The translations under genes were made by a program, and so were the position numbers. 64,000 nt of DNA from the human T2T-CHM13v2.0 reference genome, Homo sapiens: the NCBI RefSeq assembly GCF_009914755.1, contig NC_060928.1; one strand, 5' to 3'. Positions 46,791-61,238 of the stretch are shown piece by piece (positions within the stretch are counted from its first letter, which is position 1; the number at the start of each line of letters is the position of its first letter). A model generated the notes under the pieces. It saw nothing but the letters and a program-made list of their open reading frames with translations, was not told the origin of the DNA and made no database searches.

Positions 46791-48755
46791 AATGATCACA
46801 TATGCTGGACAATGTGACAGGAGCGTAATGAATCAGCCACAGAACCTGAACATAAGGAAGTAAAAACTAATTCATCATTTTAATGGCCAGCATACAAACC
46901 TCTTTTATCTTCAAGGTAGTTCCCCAAGATACGTATTATTGGCTAGATGTAGAGTCCTCACCGTTTATTATAAGAGCAAAAGGAAATAAATCACTGGTTT
47001 CTCTGCCCTGTGGCAGCCTGGACATGGACCTATGACTTGTTCCCAGCCAGTCAAATGCTTCTGCTTTAATCCCTGAAGGAGGAACAAACAGAAACATATT
47101 CTAATCATATGACATCTTGTCTCAAGAATCTATCAGTGATTCCTACTTAGGCATTTCCTGTTAACTACAAATTTCTTGGGCTGGTATTCCAGATTTTTCA
47201 GATCTTTCTTGTCTAGTGTTAGAGTAATTAAGTAAGAGGTGGAGTTAGAGTTCAGTGTCAGGCATGTCCAACAAAAAACCCAGGTTCTGCCCATATACTC
47301 TACTGTCTTTTCAACAAATGTTACCTGTGGCATCTAAAGAGTAAATCAGTCAAAAGGGAATTAGTCAGTTGGGCAGATGTGTTTTTATTTTACCCTACGA
47401 TCCAGGGAACTAATATTATAGCCAAACATATAGTTTAGATACATCTTTTAAATTTTCTTATTGTGCTTTTAAAATTGGAATTTTCTGTTTCATTATTATT
47501 AATGTGCCTTAGCAATGTTTAACCCAGGAAGTTTCTTTTCATCTCCTATAATAAAAGCAAGCAACTAGAAAAATGAGCAACTTGAAGAAGTAGTGGACTT
47601 GTCTGCCTTGTTCCATGAAACTGATTTTGTTATTTTATAAGTCTTTAAATCACAAAGTAATAAACATTATATATAAAGGTGTAAATGTTTTAATTGAACT
47701 GTTTTATTAGAAATTCATCACTAATTTATTAAACGAGAAGTAAAGGATGCCTAGAAACAACATTTTAAAAGGTCTTTATAGAATGGCAGTAATCATTTCT
47801 AATACAAGATCACAGAATTTACAGTTCAGTTCAACCAGATGAATATAAAAATATGCATTTCTATTGGCTAGTCAATCTTTAAGGGTACATCCGATCTGAG
47901 ACATCGTTCTTGCTTATGGAGAAGAGCAATGAACCTACAGAGGACAACAATACAGGTAAGAAAGGTTATATTTAAATGGCTCAAGTCTTTCATTACTGAT
48001 GGCATAAATGAAATAATAATGACAATTCACCATGCATAGGTCTTAGTGTTATATTAGCCTTTGGTTAAGAGTCTGATTCTAGATCAATATTGGCCATTCA
48101 AAAAGTAATAATTTAGTAGGTGATTTGAGAGATAATATTTTTTCATAAAATATTTTCTATTAGTAGAGAGTGATTATATAGTATAGTAGTAAAATAGATT
48201 ATGAATAGAAAGGCAGATAATAGAAGATAGATAAAACTTCAAAAAAAATTAAGTTTTCTGATATGATATTGAACGTAACACTAATTTTTCTGGATATAGT
48301 TTTCAGTATATAGAAACTGATGAAACCTGAGAAATATTTCAATTTACAATTTCTGCAATTTATCTCAAGACAACAGGAAACCACTGAATGGTCACCCAGT
48401 GTAAGGTAAGTTTAAGTCATGTCATTACTTATTAAGGTTGCAGAAAACACATGTCAGCAGCATTTAATATACCTACTCCAGTAATTACCAGTATTGGTTT
48501 GCAACACTCCAGGATTTTTTTATTTCAGGGTGTCATAAAATTGCCAAAACAAAATTAACATACCTAACTTTAAAAAATACATCTTAAGAATCTATAAAAG
48601 AACTCAGGGAATACAGCCAAGTGAGTAATAAAATACTACAACCCCAAAATTGCAGGAACTGAACAATCTTTACTTATTATAGCTAAGAAAATTGAGGGCT
48701 AAATGTCAGGGAAATTACTGCTGGAATCAATAAAAAGATTATTTGCCTGATGCTA

Positions 48756-48774
48756 TAGCTCCATCCAGTGGCAG
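48756..48774 (-). promoter_or_regulatory. Weak CTCF-like motif
   Basis: Minus strand reads CTGCCACTGGATGGAGCTA. Confidence 0.35.
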
Positions 48775-49409
48775 CTAATGATGACCTAGACTAGCAGAAC
48801 TCTAGCCAAAGAAGAGAGCAAATAATAGAACTCAATGGAGAAGGGGCTTTCTTGAAGGATCAGGCCCCAATCACACTAGGACTGCCTTGTACCAACATGC
48901 ATTATCATTATCTCAGAGTATCAAAGACTCTCAAAGCTGGAAGACCATTTAGAATAAGGAAACCAAATCATTCAAGACACCATAGTTATGTCTACAATGT
49001 GTGAGAAATCCAGTGTAAAGTGATCCACCGTTCAGATATTCCACACTACATAAATAAGAACCCCAAGACTGACTTTTCCATTGTATATTCTTGGGTAACA
49101 TGTATCTCTGAAATTAGAATCTGAGTATTTTGGCTTCATTGTGTTTTCTCTAACTGATGTCCATGACATTTCTTGTGAAATATTACTCTTATCAGGATAT
49201 AAGGTCGATGAAGAAGAATCTTTACCTGATTCCACAGTTGTACCCCAGCCTCAAAACTGTGTCTGTCCCATATTATGTTCTCACAGATATTTATTGAATT
49301 AATAAAAATTTTGAATATTTTTTAAATGTGATTTTTTTTACTCTATGTTCACAAAAACCTTTGCAATTCTAATAAAAGCAAACCCTTTCTCCCAAAATAT
49401 GCACATATC

Positions 49410-50918
49410 TGGGAGGCAGAGCAAGATGCTGAACAGAAGCCTCCAGCAATTGCCCACCACTGTCCCCCACCCTCGCAGGAACATGAAATTGAACAACTAT
49501 CCACACAAGAAAGTACTTTTATATCACCAAAAATCAGGTGAGTGATCACAGTAACTGGTTTAACATGATATCAAGGAAAGAGGCACTGAAGAGGTAGGAA
49601 AGACAATCTTGAATCACTTACAACATCCCTCCACCATCCCTGGCAGCTGTGTAATGCAGAGAGAGAATCTGTGCATTTGGGGGAGGGACAGCACAGTGAT
49701 CATGGGACTTTGCATTAAAACTCAGCGCAGCCCTGTCACAGTGGAAAGCAACAGGAGCCAGAAATCAGCCAGCACCCACAGAGGGAGCATTTAGACCAGC
49801 CCTAGCCAGAGGGGAATTGTCCAGCCCAGTAGTCGGAACCTGAGCTCCAGCTAGCCCCACCACCTTGGAGCTAAAGTGCTCTGAGTTCTAAATAAACTTG
49901 AAAGGCAGTTTAGGCCACAAGGACTGCAATTCCTGGGCAAGTCTTGGGGCTGTGCCAGGCTCAGAGACAGTGTACTTGGGAGCATGTGAACTAGTGAGAC
50001 ACTAGCCAAGGGGGCCAAGGGAGTGCTTTTGTCACCCCTCCCCCAACCACAGGTAATGAAGCTCACAGCTCCTGGAGAGAGAGGAGAGAGTTAAGAGAAC
50101 TTTGTCTTGCAACTTGCATACCAGCTCAGCAACACTTACATGGGGCACCAGGCAAAGCTTTGAGGCCCCCATTCCAGGTCTTAGCTCCTGGAAAACATTT
50201 CTAGTCACAGCCTGGCATATTTAAAATGCTGAAGGAAAAAAACATTTACCTTGAACAGTATATCCAGTGAAAATATCTTTCAAACATGAAGGAGAAATAA
50301 AGCCTTTCCTAGATAAAGAGAAACTGAGAGATTCCATCAACACCAGACCTGTCCAACAAGAAATGCCAAAGGGAGTTCTTTAATCCAAAAGAAAAGGATA
50401 TTAATTAGCAATAAGAAATAATCTGAAGGTACAAAACTCATTGGCAATAGTAGGTACACAGACAAACACAGAATATTATAACACTGTAATTGTGGTGTGT
50501 AAACTAATCTTATCTTGAGTAGAAAGACTAAAAGATGAACCAATCGAAAATAATAACTATGACAGCTTTTCAAGACATAGACAGCATAATAATATATAAA
50601 TAGAAATAACAAAATATTAAAAAGCAGGAACATGAAGTTAAATGTAGAGTTTTTATTAGTTTTTTGTTTGCTTGTTTGTTTTTGCAATTAGTGTTGTCAC
50701 CAGCTTAAAAATAATGAGTCATAAGATATCATTTGCTAGCCTCATGGTAACCTCAAATAAAAAAAAACATACATCAGATACACAAAAAATAAAAATCAAG
50801 AAATCAAACATACCACCAGAGAAAATCACCTTTATTGAAAAGGAAAGAAGGAAAGAGGGAGGGAAAGACGGAAGGAGAGAAAGACAGAGGGAGGGAGGGA
50901 GGGAGGGAGGGAGGCAGG

Positions 50919-50973
<55 letters not shown>

Positions 50974-52318
50974 CACCCAAAATTAGTCAAAGAAATAAAT
51001 ATCAGAGCAGAAATAAATGAAATTGAGGCAAAAAAACAAAAGATCAACGAAACAAATAGTTGGTTTTTTGAAAAAATAAAAAAAAATCAACAAACCTTTA
51101 GACAGACCAGGAAAAAAAGAGAGATGACCCAAATAAATAAAATCAGAGATGAAAAAATGAGAAACTACAACTGATACCACAGAAATTCCAAGGATCATTA
51201 GTGGCTGCTATGATCATCGATCATAGTATATACTAGTTACTCATAAACTGTAAAACCTAGAAGAAATGGATAAATTCCTGGATACATACAACCTATCAAG
51301 ACTAAACCATAAAGAAATTCAAAACCTGAATTAGCCACTAATAAGTAATGAGATCAAAGCCATAATAAAGAATATCCCAGCAAAGAAAAGCCTGGGCCTG
51401 ATGGCTTCACTGCTGAATTTTACCACACATTTAAAGAAGAACTAATACGACTTGTATTCAAATTATTCCAAAAAATAGAGGAGGAAGGAATACTTCCAAA
51501 CTCATTCTACACAGCCAATATTACCCTGATAGCAAAACCGGACAAAGACACATCAAAAAAAACAAAAAAAAAGCAAACTACAGGCCAATATCCCAGATGA
51601 ACATTGATGTAAAAATCCTCAACAAAATACTAGCAAACCAAATTCAACAACACATTAAAAAGATCATTCATCATGCCCAAATAGGATTTATCCCAGGGAT
51701 GTAAGGCTGGTTCAACATACGGAAATTGCCAATAGCCAAGATTTGGAAGCAACCTAAGTATCCACCAACAGACAAATGGATAAAGGAAATGTTGTACATA
51801 TCCACAATGGGGCACTATTCAGCCATTAAAAAGAATAAGATCCTGTCATTTTCAGCAACATGGATGGAACAGGACATTATGTTAAGTGAAATAAGCCAGG
51901 CCCAAAAAGACAAATTTTGCATGGTCTCACTGATTTGTGGGAGCTAAAAATTAAAACAATTGAACTAATGGAGATAGAGAGTAGAATGATGGTTACCAGA
52001 GGCTAGGAAGAGTAGTAGGGGTGGGGAAGAAGTGGGGATGGTTAAAGGGTACCAAGGTATAGTTAGAATGAATAAGAGCTAGTATTTGATAGCACAGCAG
52101 GGTGACATACAGTCAACAATAATTTATTGTACATTTTAAAACAACTAAAAGAGTATAACTGGAATGCTTGTAACACAAGGAAATGATAAATGCTTGGGGT
52201 CATGAATACTCCATTTAACCTGATGTAATTATTATGCATTGTATGCCTCAAAATATCTCATGTACCCCTTAAATATATATACCTACTATGTACTCATAAA
52301 AATAAAAAATAAATTTTT
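49410..52318 (+). mobile_element. L1MA3-like element with both ends kept but three large internal deletions
   Basis: L1M1-type 5' UTR (gggaggcagagcaagatg...), ORF1 3' part, ORF2 segments and L1MA3-type 3' UTR with A tail; flanks aaaatatgcacatat / aaaatgcacatgt resemble a TSD. Confidence 0.85.
50840..50971. repeat. Purine-rich (GGAA)/(GGGA)n(GGCA)n simple repeat inside the L1
   Basis: ggagggagggagggagggagg followed by (caggcagg)n. Confidence 0.95.
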
Positions 52319-53554
52319 AAAATGCACATGTAATTATTCAGTTTCAAGATTTCTTGTATTCTCTGTCACTCATGTTTATAGGCCACAGTTTAACATGTGC
52401 TGCTTTAAAAAGAACACTAAGACCACTAAGACCAAGTTCATAATTAGGAAATTGACATAATTAATTGCATGCATTATTTTTGCCTGCATTGCTTCTGCTA
52501 CTGTCTTAGCTCCTGATCCCCTGATCCAAGAAGATCAGAGCTGGGTTTATTGATAGTGAAAGTAAAATTAGTGGGAAAAAACAGATTAGTTATATTTGAA
52601 AGTCACACTTAGCATCAAAAAATATATGAGAAGAGCATAGAAAAAAAGATAAATCTGAGAACATTTAGTCTTGCATTGTCCTCTTCTGTTCTTCACAGCA
52701 AGAACATCACAATGTTTATATTGGGATCACAATGATTCCCAAAGTGATCACCGTGATCACAGCCTGAGAAAGATGAGCTGGGCCCAAGGTCCAAGGGGCC
52801 TGAAGAAGTCAATCCTGTGATTTTACCCCGCAGAAGAGCCAAGTCAATGCCCAGGCACTTCCCCAAAAGATATTAAGGCTGCTGCCCAAAATGCCCTGTC
52901 ACCAATGCAGTGTCTGGGCTCCAGGTTCTGAAATCCTTTTGCACCAGTAGTTGAATCACCTCCCTTTTCTGTGCCCTATGTTTTGCAACATTTCCTTACC
53001 TTCATCTTTGTTGTAAAACATAAGAACTTTCTAATTATTCCTTCCTAGGGCATTTCTCTGAACAGACCTAATCATAGTCCACGACAACCATCACTTTAAT
53101 TCAATTGAACCAATTTATTGAGATACTTCAGGTGTCCAAGACTCTCTACTAAACATTTTGAGCATGGAAAAATAAATTAGAAGCATTCCTGCCTTAAACA
53201 AGATATACTTCCATCTAATGGGAGAGATGGATGATAAACAAATAATTATAACACAAGAGAGACTGGCATAAGTGCCAAATAGAAGTACAAGTAACAATAT
53301 GTAGAAAGTGAAGAAAGAAGCTAATAATTCTGGTGGGCTAAGATTCCTAGGAGGAAATATCATTTGAGCAGGGTACCGATAGTGAGGAGGATTTAAACAT
53401 ACAAAGAGTGAGAAAGGGGGAACTAAGATAGCATCCCAGCCAAAAAAAAGAGACAGAGAGAGAGTATATCAAAAACACAGAGGCACAAAATTGCCTGGAA
53501 TGCTTGAGAAATAGGGAAATAGACCACTATAGCTAGTTTTAGAAGTCAATGCTA

Positions 53555-54002
<448 letters not shown>

Positions 54003-54104
54003 TTAAATTCCACATCAAGAAACTTGCACTTTCTGATACAAGCTAGAGAGAAAGATAACAAATTATTAAAACAGTAAAGGCACTATTATCTGCCTATATT
54101 CTAA

Positions 54105-54298
54105 ACAGAATAGAACTTTCTGGAAAGATAGCAATGTCCTATATTTGCACTGTCCAATATAGTCGCTAATTAGCCACAGGAGTACTTAAAATGTGGCTAG
54201 TGTAACTGAGGAACAAAATTTTTTATTGTATTTAATTATAGTTTATTTAAATTTAAATAGTGACATACAGCTAGTAGATTCTCTGCTGTACAGTACAC
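54105..54298 (+). mobile_element. MER3 (hAT-Charlie MITE)
   Basis: aatagaactttctg...gcactgtccaatatag...tagccac...cttaaaatgtggctagtgtaactgaggaac...atttaaatttaaatag. Confidence 0.85.
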
Positions 54299-54487
54299 TG
54301 GTACAATGTGCTCTTCTGTGACAATGTGAAAGATGGATTGAAGGGGTCAGAAATTATACATGGGGAGGTCTGTAAGAAAGTCATTACAATGGTGCAAATG
54401 AGAGACCAAACTACGAAAGAATGTCTAAGAGTGATATTTGGAAAGGAAACCAATAGGACTTGGCAATTGATTAAAAATAGATGATAA

Positions 54488-54997
<510 letters not shown>

Positions 54998-55476
54998 AAT
55001 TGGTTATGCTTTTTGCATCATACCTAAAAAACACACCATCTGACTTTGTTCTGAACATTGTACTTTAAGATACATTTAGGCTGTTGTGGAGGTCTAAGTA
55101 TATATTGGTTGTTACTGTTCTATGGCATTTCCATTTGAAAAAATATGCCACAATTAGTTGAATAATTATTCTGTTATTAATATTTGTGTTGCCTTCTTAT
55201 GCTCCACTTAGTGTTTCTGATGCTACTACTCACCTCCTTTCATTGCTTCTTATTCTGTGCCTGCCTTAAAATGTGGATGTTGCCCAAGGTTCTGTTGTCA
55301 GGTATCTTCTTTTTTCTGTTCTTTCTTTTCCTCTTTTCTGTTTTATCTATCTGATCTCTTCATGTCAGGGGTAAATAACTATCTATTCCTTTGGGTAGGA
55401 TCCTGGAGACCTGACTCAATCAGATTATATTCCCAGGGAGCTTGGCTTGGGTAGGTTATGAAGTTGAGTTATATAT

Positions 55477-55861
<385 letters not shown>

Positions 55862-56189
55862 TAATCTATAGATGAATATGACAGCCACATTCATGTAGAA
55901 GGCAGAGCAATTTAGGGGAACTAGTGACTGAGAAATGTTATAGCTGATGGATCAGAAACAAGTCTGGGGGGATTTATTGCAGTTGAGACTATGATAGATT
56001 TTACTTTGATTCTTATGCCTACTTGCTTGGGTTATTCAAAAATTAAAGAGTATGTTGAAAGGGCTGACAAAATGGACAATGGCCACCTAATCTAGACATG
56101 ACTTATTCTTTGAGGTCTAAGAGCGATTTTTTAACCATCTTCTAGACATTGTTGCAGAATGACTTTTGTACATCAAATTTGACATGTCA

Positions 56190-56362
56190 AGTTGGGCGTG
56201 ATGGCTCATACCTGTAATCCCAGCACTTTGGGAGGCTGAGGCGAGGAGATCACCTGAGGTCAGGAGTTCAAGATCAGCCTGGCCAACATGGTGAAACCCT
56301 GTCTCTACTAAAAATACAAAAAAAAAAAAAAATTAGCTGGGCATGGTGGTGCATGCCTGTAG
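56190..56362 (+). mobile_element. 3'-truncated Alu (left arm plus start of right arm)
   Basis: Ends abruptly at gcatgcctgtagt. Confidence 0.9.
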
Positions 56363-57194
56363 TAAATGAAAGATAAATTATTAAGAAAAACATAAGGAGT
56401 GGGTTCAGAAAAAGAAGAAAGAGAAAAGGCCCCCAAAATAATGAAGAAATGAAGGAACTAGAGAAAGAATATTTGCAAGAAAAAGCAAATAAAAACATTA
56501 AGAATAGTTGTAAAATGCTAAAGAGTGTGAAAAGGAAAAAGACAAGCAACAGCAAAGTGAATTATAGGGGAAAAATGAAATAGCAAGAAAAAGGTTTAAG
56601 GAATGGTTGGAAAATACTAAAAATAAAACTCATCTCACTCCAAAGAGCTATGGTTATGCCAAAGGAAAACATAGAGGTTTTTACAGAGGAAATTCCTATT
56701 CAGAACCAGGCTTTTATAATTCAATTCCACGAAAACCAATACATAAACCCCTCCTAAAGAAACTAAGGATCCATCAGGAAAGAAGAATGAAAGATCCATG
56801 ACAAAGCAGCCAAAAAGGACATCATTTCTGGCAATTAATAAAAGCAGAACAATCTTTACCTTAGAACTCTATGCAGAATACAAAGACAGTATACATAGGA
56901 AATAGCGTGCTTTTACCTGGAGCTATTAAATTTTAAAATTAGAAATGGTTTTTTGCTGCTCAATCAGTGCTCAGCATTTGATGTGATTATTGATAAGGTC
57001 TGATTTTTGAATTCGTATATGGAGTCCTTAGAGTTAATTGAGGAAGACATTTTATAAATTTTAGTTTTTATAAATATCTCAAGGTTGATCTTGGCATGTT
57101 GTTTCACAGGATACATAACTGAATATCTAACAATTGTGTTGTGTTTGTATTTAGCTGGTATTAAAACTACACTGTAATACCAAAAAAAAAAAAA

Positions 57195-59362
57195 CAAAAA
57201 ATAAGCACAAGCAACCAAAGAAAAAAAATGATAAATTGGACTTTGAAAAAGTTAAAAACTTTTGTGCATCAAGAAAGTGAAAAGACAATACACAGAATGG
57301 AAGAAAATAGCTGCAAATTATATATCTGATAAAGGTCTAGTGTCCAGAATATACAAAGAACTTTTACAACTCAACAATAAAGACAACTCAATTTTAAAAT
57401 GGTGAAAGGATTCTAACAGACATTTTTCCAGGGAAGATATACAAATGGCCAATAACCACATGAAAAGAAATACTCAACATTTTTAGTCATTAGGGAAATG
57501 CGTATCAGAACGAAAATGAGCACCACTTCACATTCACTAAAATGGCTATAATTTTAAAAAAACATATTAATAACAAATGTCAGTGTGGAGGTGGAGAAAT
57601 TGTAACTTTCATAAATTTCTGGAAGGAATGCAAAATGATGCAACCAGTGTGGAAAATACTTGGGCAGTTACTCAAAAAGTGAAACATAATTACCATGACC
57701 CAGCAATTCCACTCCCAAGAATGTACCTGAGAAAACTGAAAATATGATCAAACAAAAACTTGTACACAATTGTTCATAGCACTATTATTCATAATACCCA
57801 AATAGTGCAAACAACCTAAACATCCATCAACTGAAGAATAGTTAAACAAAATGTAGTATATTCATAACATGAAATACTTACTCAGCTATAAAAAGGAATA
57901 AAGTATTGACATATGCTACAACATGGATGAATCTTGAAAATATAATGCTAAGTGAAACCTAGGCAATACCATTCAGGACATAGGCATGGGCAAGGACTTC
58001 ATGTCTAAAACACCAAAAGCAATAGCAGCAAAGGCCAAAATTGACAAATGGAAGCTAATTAAACTAAAGAGTTTCTGCACATCAAAAGAAACTACCATCA
58101 GAGTGAACAGGCAACCTACAGAATGGGAGAAAATTTTTGCAATCTACCCATCTGACAAAGGGCTAATATCCAGAATCTACAAAGAACTTAAGCAAATTTA
58201 CAAGAAAAAGTCAAACAACCCCATCAAAAAGTGGGCAAAGGATATGAACAGACACTTCTCAAAAGAAGACATTTATGCAGCCAAAAAACACATGAAAAAA
58301 TGCTCATCATCACTGGCCATCAGAGAAATGCAAATCAAAACCACAATGAGATACCATCTCATACCAGTTAGAATGGCGATCATTTAAAAGTCAGGAAACA
58401 ACAGGTGCTGGAGAGGATGTGGAGAAATAGGAACACTTTTACACTGTTGGTGGGACTGTGAACTAGTTCAACCATTGTGGAAGACAGTGTGGCGATTCCT
58501 CAGGGATCTAGAACTAGAATTACCATTTGACCCAGCCATCCCATTACTGGATATATACCCAAAGGATTATAAATCATGCTGCTATAAAGACACATGCACA
58601 CGTATGTTTATTTCGGCACTATTCACAATAGCAAGGACTTGGAACCAACCCAAATGCCCATCAATGATAGACTGGATTAAGAAAATGTGGCACATATACA
58701 CCATGGAATACCACGCAGCCATAAAAAAGATGAGTTTATGTCCTTTGCAGGGACGTGGATGAAGCTGGAAACCATCATTCTCAGCAAACTATCCCAAGGA
58801 CAGAAAACCAAACACCACATGTTCTCACTCATAGGTGGGAATTGAACAATGAGAACACTTGGACATAGTAAGGGGAACACCACACACCGGGGCCTATCAT
58901 GGGGTGGGGGGAGGGGGGAGGGATAGCATTAGGAGATATACCTAATGTATATGACAAGTTAATGGGTGCAGCACACCAACATGGCACATGTATACATATG
59001 TAACAAACCTGCGCATTGTGCACATGTACCCTAGAACTTAAAGTATAATAATGAAATTAAAAAATAAAGAAAATATAATGCTAAGTGAAAGAAACCAGAC
59101 ACAAAAGACCACATGTGATTCCACTTATAGGAAATGTCCAGAATGGGCAAATCCTGACACAGAAAGGAAATTATGGAAAGAGAGAATTTGGGACAAACTG
59201 CTAATAAATACAGGATCTGGGGGAAGGAGGGAATTGAAAAGTTCTAGAATTAACTAATGGTGATAGTTGCACAACTTGGTGAATCCACTAAAAACCATAA
59301 AGTGTACACTTTAAACTGGTGAATTTTATATTGTGCAAGGTATATGTCAATTTTTAAAAATA
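57195..59362 (+). mobile_element. L1MB-like 3' portion split by a younger L1PA
   Basis: gcacaagcaaccaaagaaaaaa...aaaacttttgtgcatcaag...acatggatgaatcttgaaaatataatgctaagtgaaa|gaaaccagacacaaaagacc...gtacactttaaactggtgaattttat. Confidence 0.85.
57958..59068 (+). mobile_element. L1PA5-like, 5'-truncated (about 1.1 kb of ORF2 C-terminus and 3' UTR)
   Basis: ORFs 57986-58387 and 58475-58762 are ORF2p ([12 protein letters not shown]...; [14 protein letters not shown]...) with a premature stop; 22-bp flanking duplication gaaaatataatgctaagtgaaa at 57936-57957 and 59069-59090. Confidence 0.95.
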
Positions 59363-60494
59363 CTCTTGAAAAAGTCAAGCCAGTGAGTACCTTTAGTGAG
59401 GTTGGTAATTAAGAAAGAGCTTTCAGCGAGCCCCAGATGGGCTTTGGGGAAGCTGGAGCAGCATTTTTTAAAATGTGGATTGTGGTTATTTGTTTTAAAA
59501 TAGTTTATTAAGCTGTGTATTTACGCTTTAAGTGCAATTCTGAATGTGTCTTATATTTTATAATAATTTTTAAGAGAGAAAAAGGTGGAGATAGTAAACT
59601 GGCATCTATATATTGTTTCCAAAAAGAAATTAAAGTAGTGAAATTAACATGAAATTTCATTTCTTTGGAAATGAGATAAATTAATGTATATTTAAGGTAA
59701 TGATTTTTATGTATACTACATACATGTATTGGTATCATAAACATATTCTTATATTTCAAATAGGTATCTTAAAAGATGTGTATTGTTGATGAAAGGATTG
59801 TTTAAAATTGAAATAAAATCAGAGAAACAAGGATTGGAAACAAATAACACTAACCTCAAAAATTTACGAACAATAAAAAGGTAATTGTATACTTCCCTAA
59901 AAAGTAAAAACAATGACAAATTAATTTGTAACTAAATGAACAGTTTTGTGGACCATGAGAAAAAAAATCAGAGAACTAGATAGTTTTATTTCAAAAATAT
60001 ACACTTAAAAATTATCTGCAATATATCCAACTTGTATTCTTTGCCCGCCCACCCACTTTCCTCTTTCCTTTCCCTTCTCTTTCTCCTCCTCCTCCTCTTC
60101 TTTCTTCTTTTATTATTTAATACTCAAAGGGTGCCAAAAAGGAAAATAGAATAAAGTAGAATAAAGAAAGCAAAAATAAGGAATGTCAAGAGGAAAACTT
60201 TCACTTAATTTTACCATTTCTTGACATTAAGTAATGGGTACACTCATAAAAGTTTCTTGTAAATCAAATTACTTTAAATATTCTGGAAAAGTAATTGCAA
60301 AATGTATACCTAATAATAGGGCATTCTTCTTAAAATTGAAGCATTCTATTACAGTTCAAATAAACATTTCTGAAATTTGTACAATTGGGATTATTACTCT
60401 ATATTTATTTAATTTTCCTAAAGAAGGATAACTTTGGTGATATGTTTACTGGATAGATGTATTATTTTTTCCATAATTGAAAATTTTAGTTTCA

Positions 60495-60775
60495 ATCTTG
60501 GAAGGCAATATAAAGTAATAGTTATGAACAGTCATTCTAGAATCAAATATTGTTTTATATTCTGGCCACATTATCAATAAGCTATGTGATTTTTGATAAA
60601 GTAATTAACTTATTTGTGCTTCAGTCTCCTTATCTTTAAAAAGAACATAATAATAGTACATACAGCATTGGGTTTTTGTGAGGAATAAATGAAATAAATA
60701 CGTGTTTGTGTGTGGTTGGGTGTGCAGAGAGAGTTTACAATAAAATTTCAGCACATAATCAGTACTAGTAGAACT
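60495..60775 (+). mobile_element. MIR
   Basis: ggaaggcaatataaagtaatagttatgaacag...agctatgtgatttttgataaagtaattaacttatttgtgcttcagtctccttatctttaaaa. Confidence 0.7.
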
Positions 60776-60841
60776 AGTGGTAATAATATCTATTACTTCA
60801 TATACTATGAATCTTTCTCTAAAAAGCCTACCATATCTATG

Positions 60842-61228
60842 TGTATTAGTCTATTTTCACACTGCTATAAAGAAATATCCAAGACTGGGTAATTTATAAA
60901 GGAAAGAGGTTTAATTGACTCACAGTTCCACATGGCTGCAGAGGTCTCCGGAAACTTACAATCATGGCAGAAGCTGAAGGGGAAGCAAGCAACTTCTTTA
61001 CAAGGCAGCAGGAGAAAGAAGAATGAAGGAGGAACTTCCAAACACTTATAAAACCATCAGATCTCGTGAGCACTCACTCACTATCATGAGAACAGCATGG
61101 GGGAAACCACCCCCATGATCCAATCACCTCCCTCCCTCCACACGTGGGGATTACAGGTCCCTCCCTCAACACATGGGGATTACAATTCGAGATGAGATTG
61201 GGTGGGGACACAGAGCCAAATCATATCA
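60842..61228 (-). mobile_element. THE1D/MSTA solo LTR
   Basis: tgtattagtctattttcacactgctataaag...gggtggggacacagagccaaatcatatca; perfect 5-bp TSD ctatg. Confidence 0.9.
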
Positions 61229-61238
61229 CTATGAAGGG

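Noticed and set aside
50672-51047. Low-complexity ORFs (PACL/GRQA repeats)
   Set aside because: Translations of the (GGCA)n/(GGGA)n microsatellite.
57986-58762. Two ORFs of 133 aa and 95 aa
   Set aside because: L1PA ORF2p remnants broken by a stop codon in a 5'-truncated element.
61128-61186. Internal tandem duplication ccctccctc-acac-tggggattaca in the THE1D/MST LTR
   Set aside because: I recall this duplication in other copies of the family, so it is probably not locus-specific (unverified).
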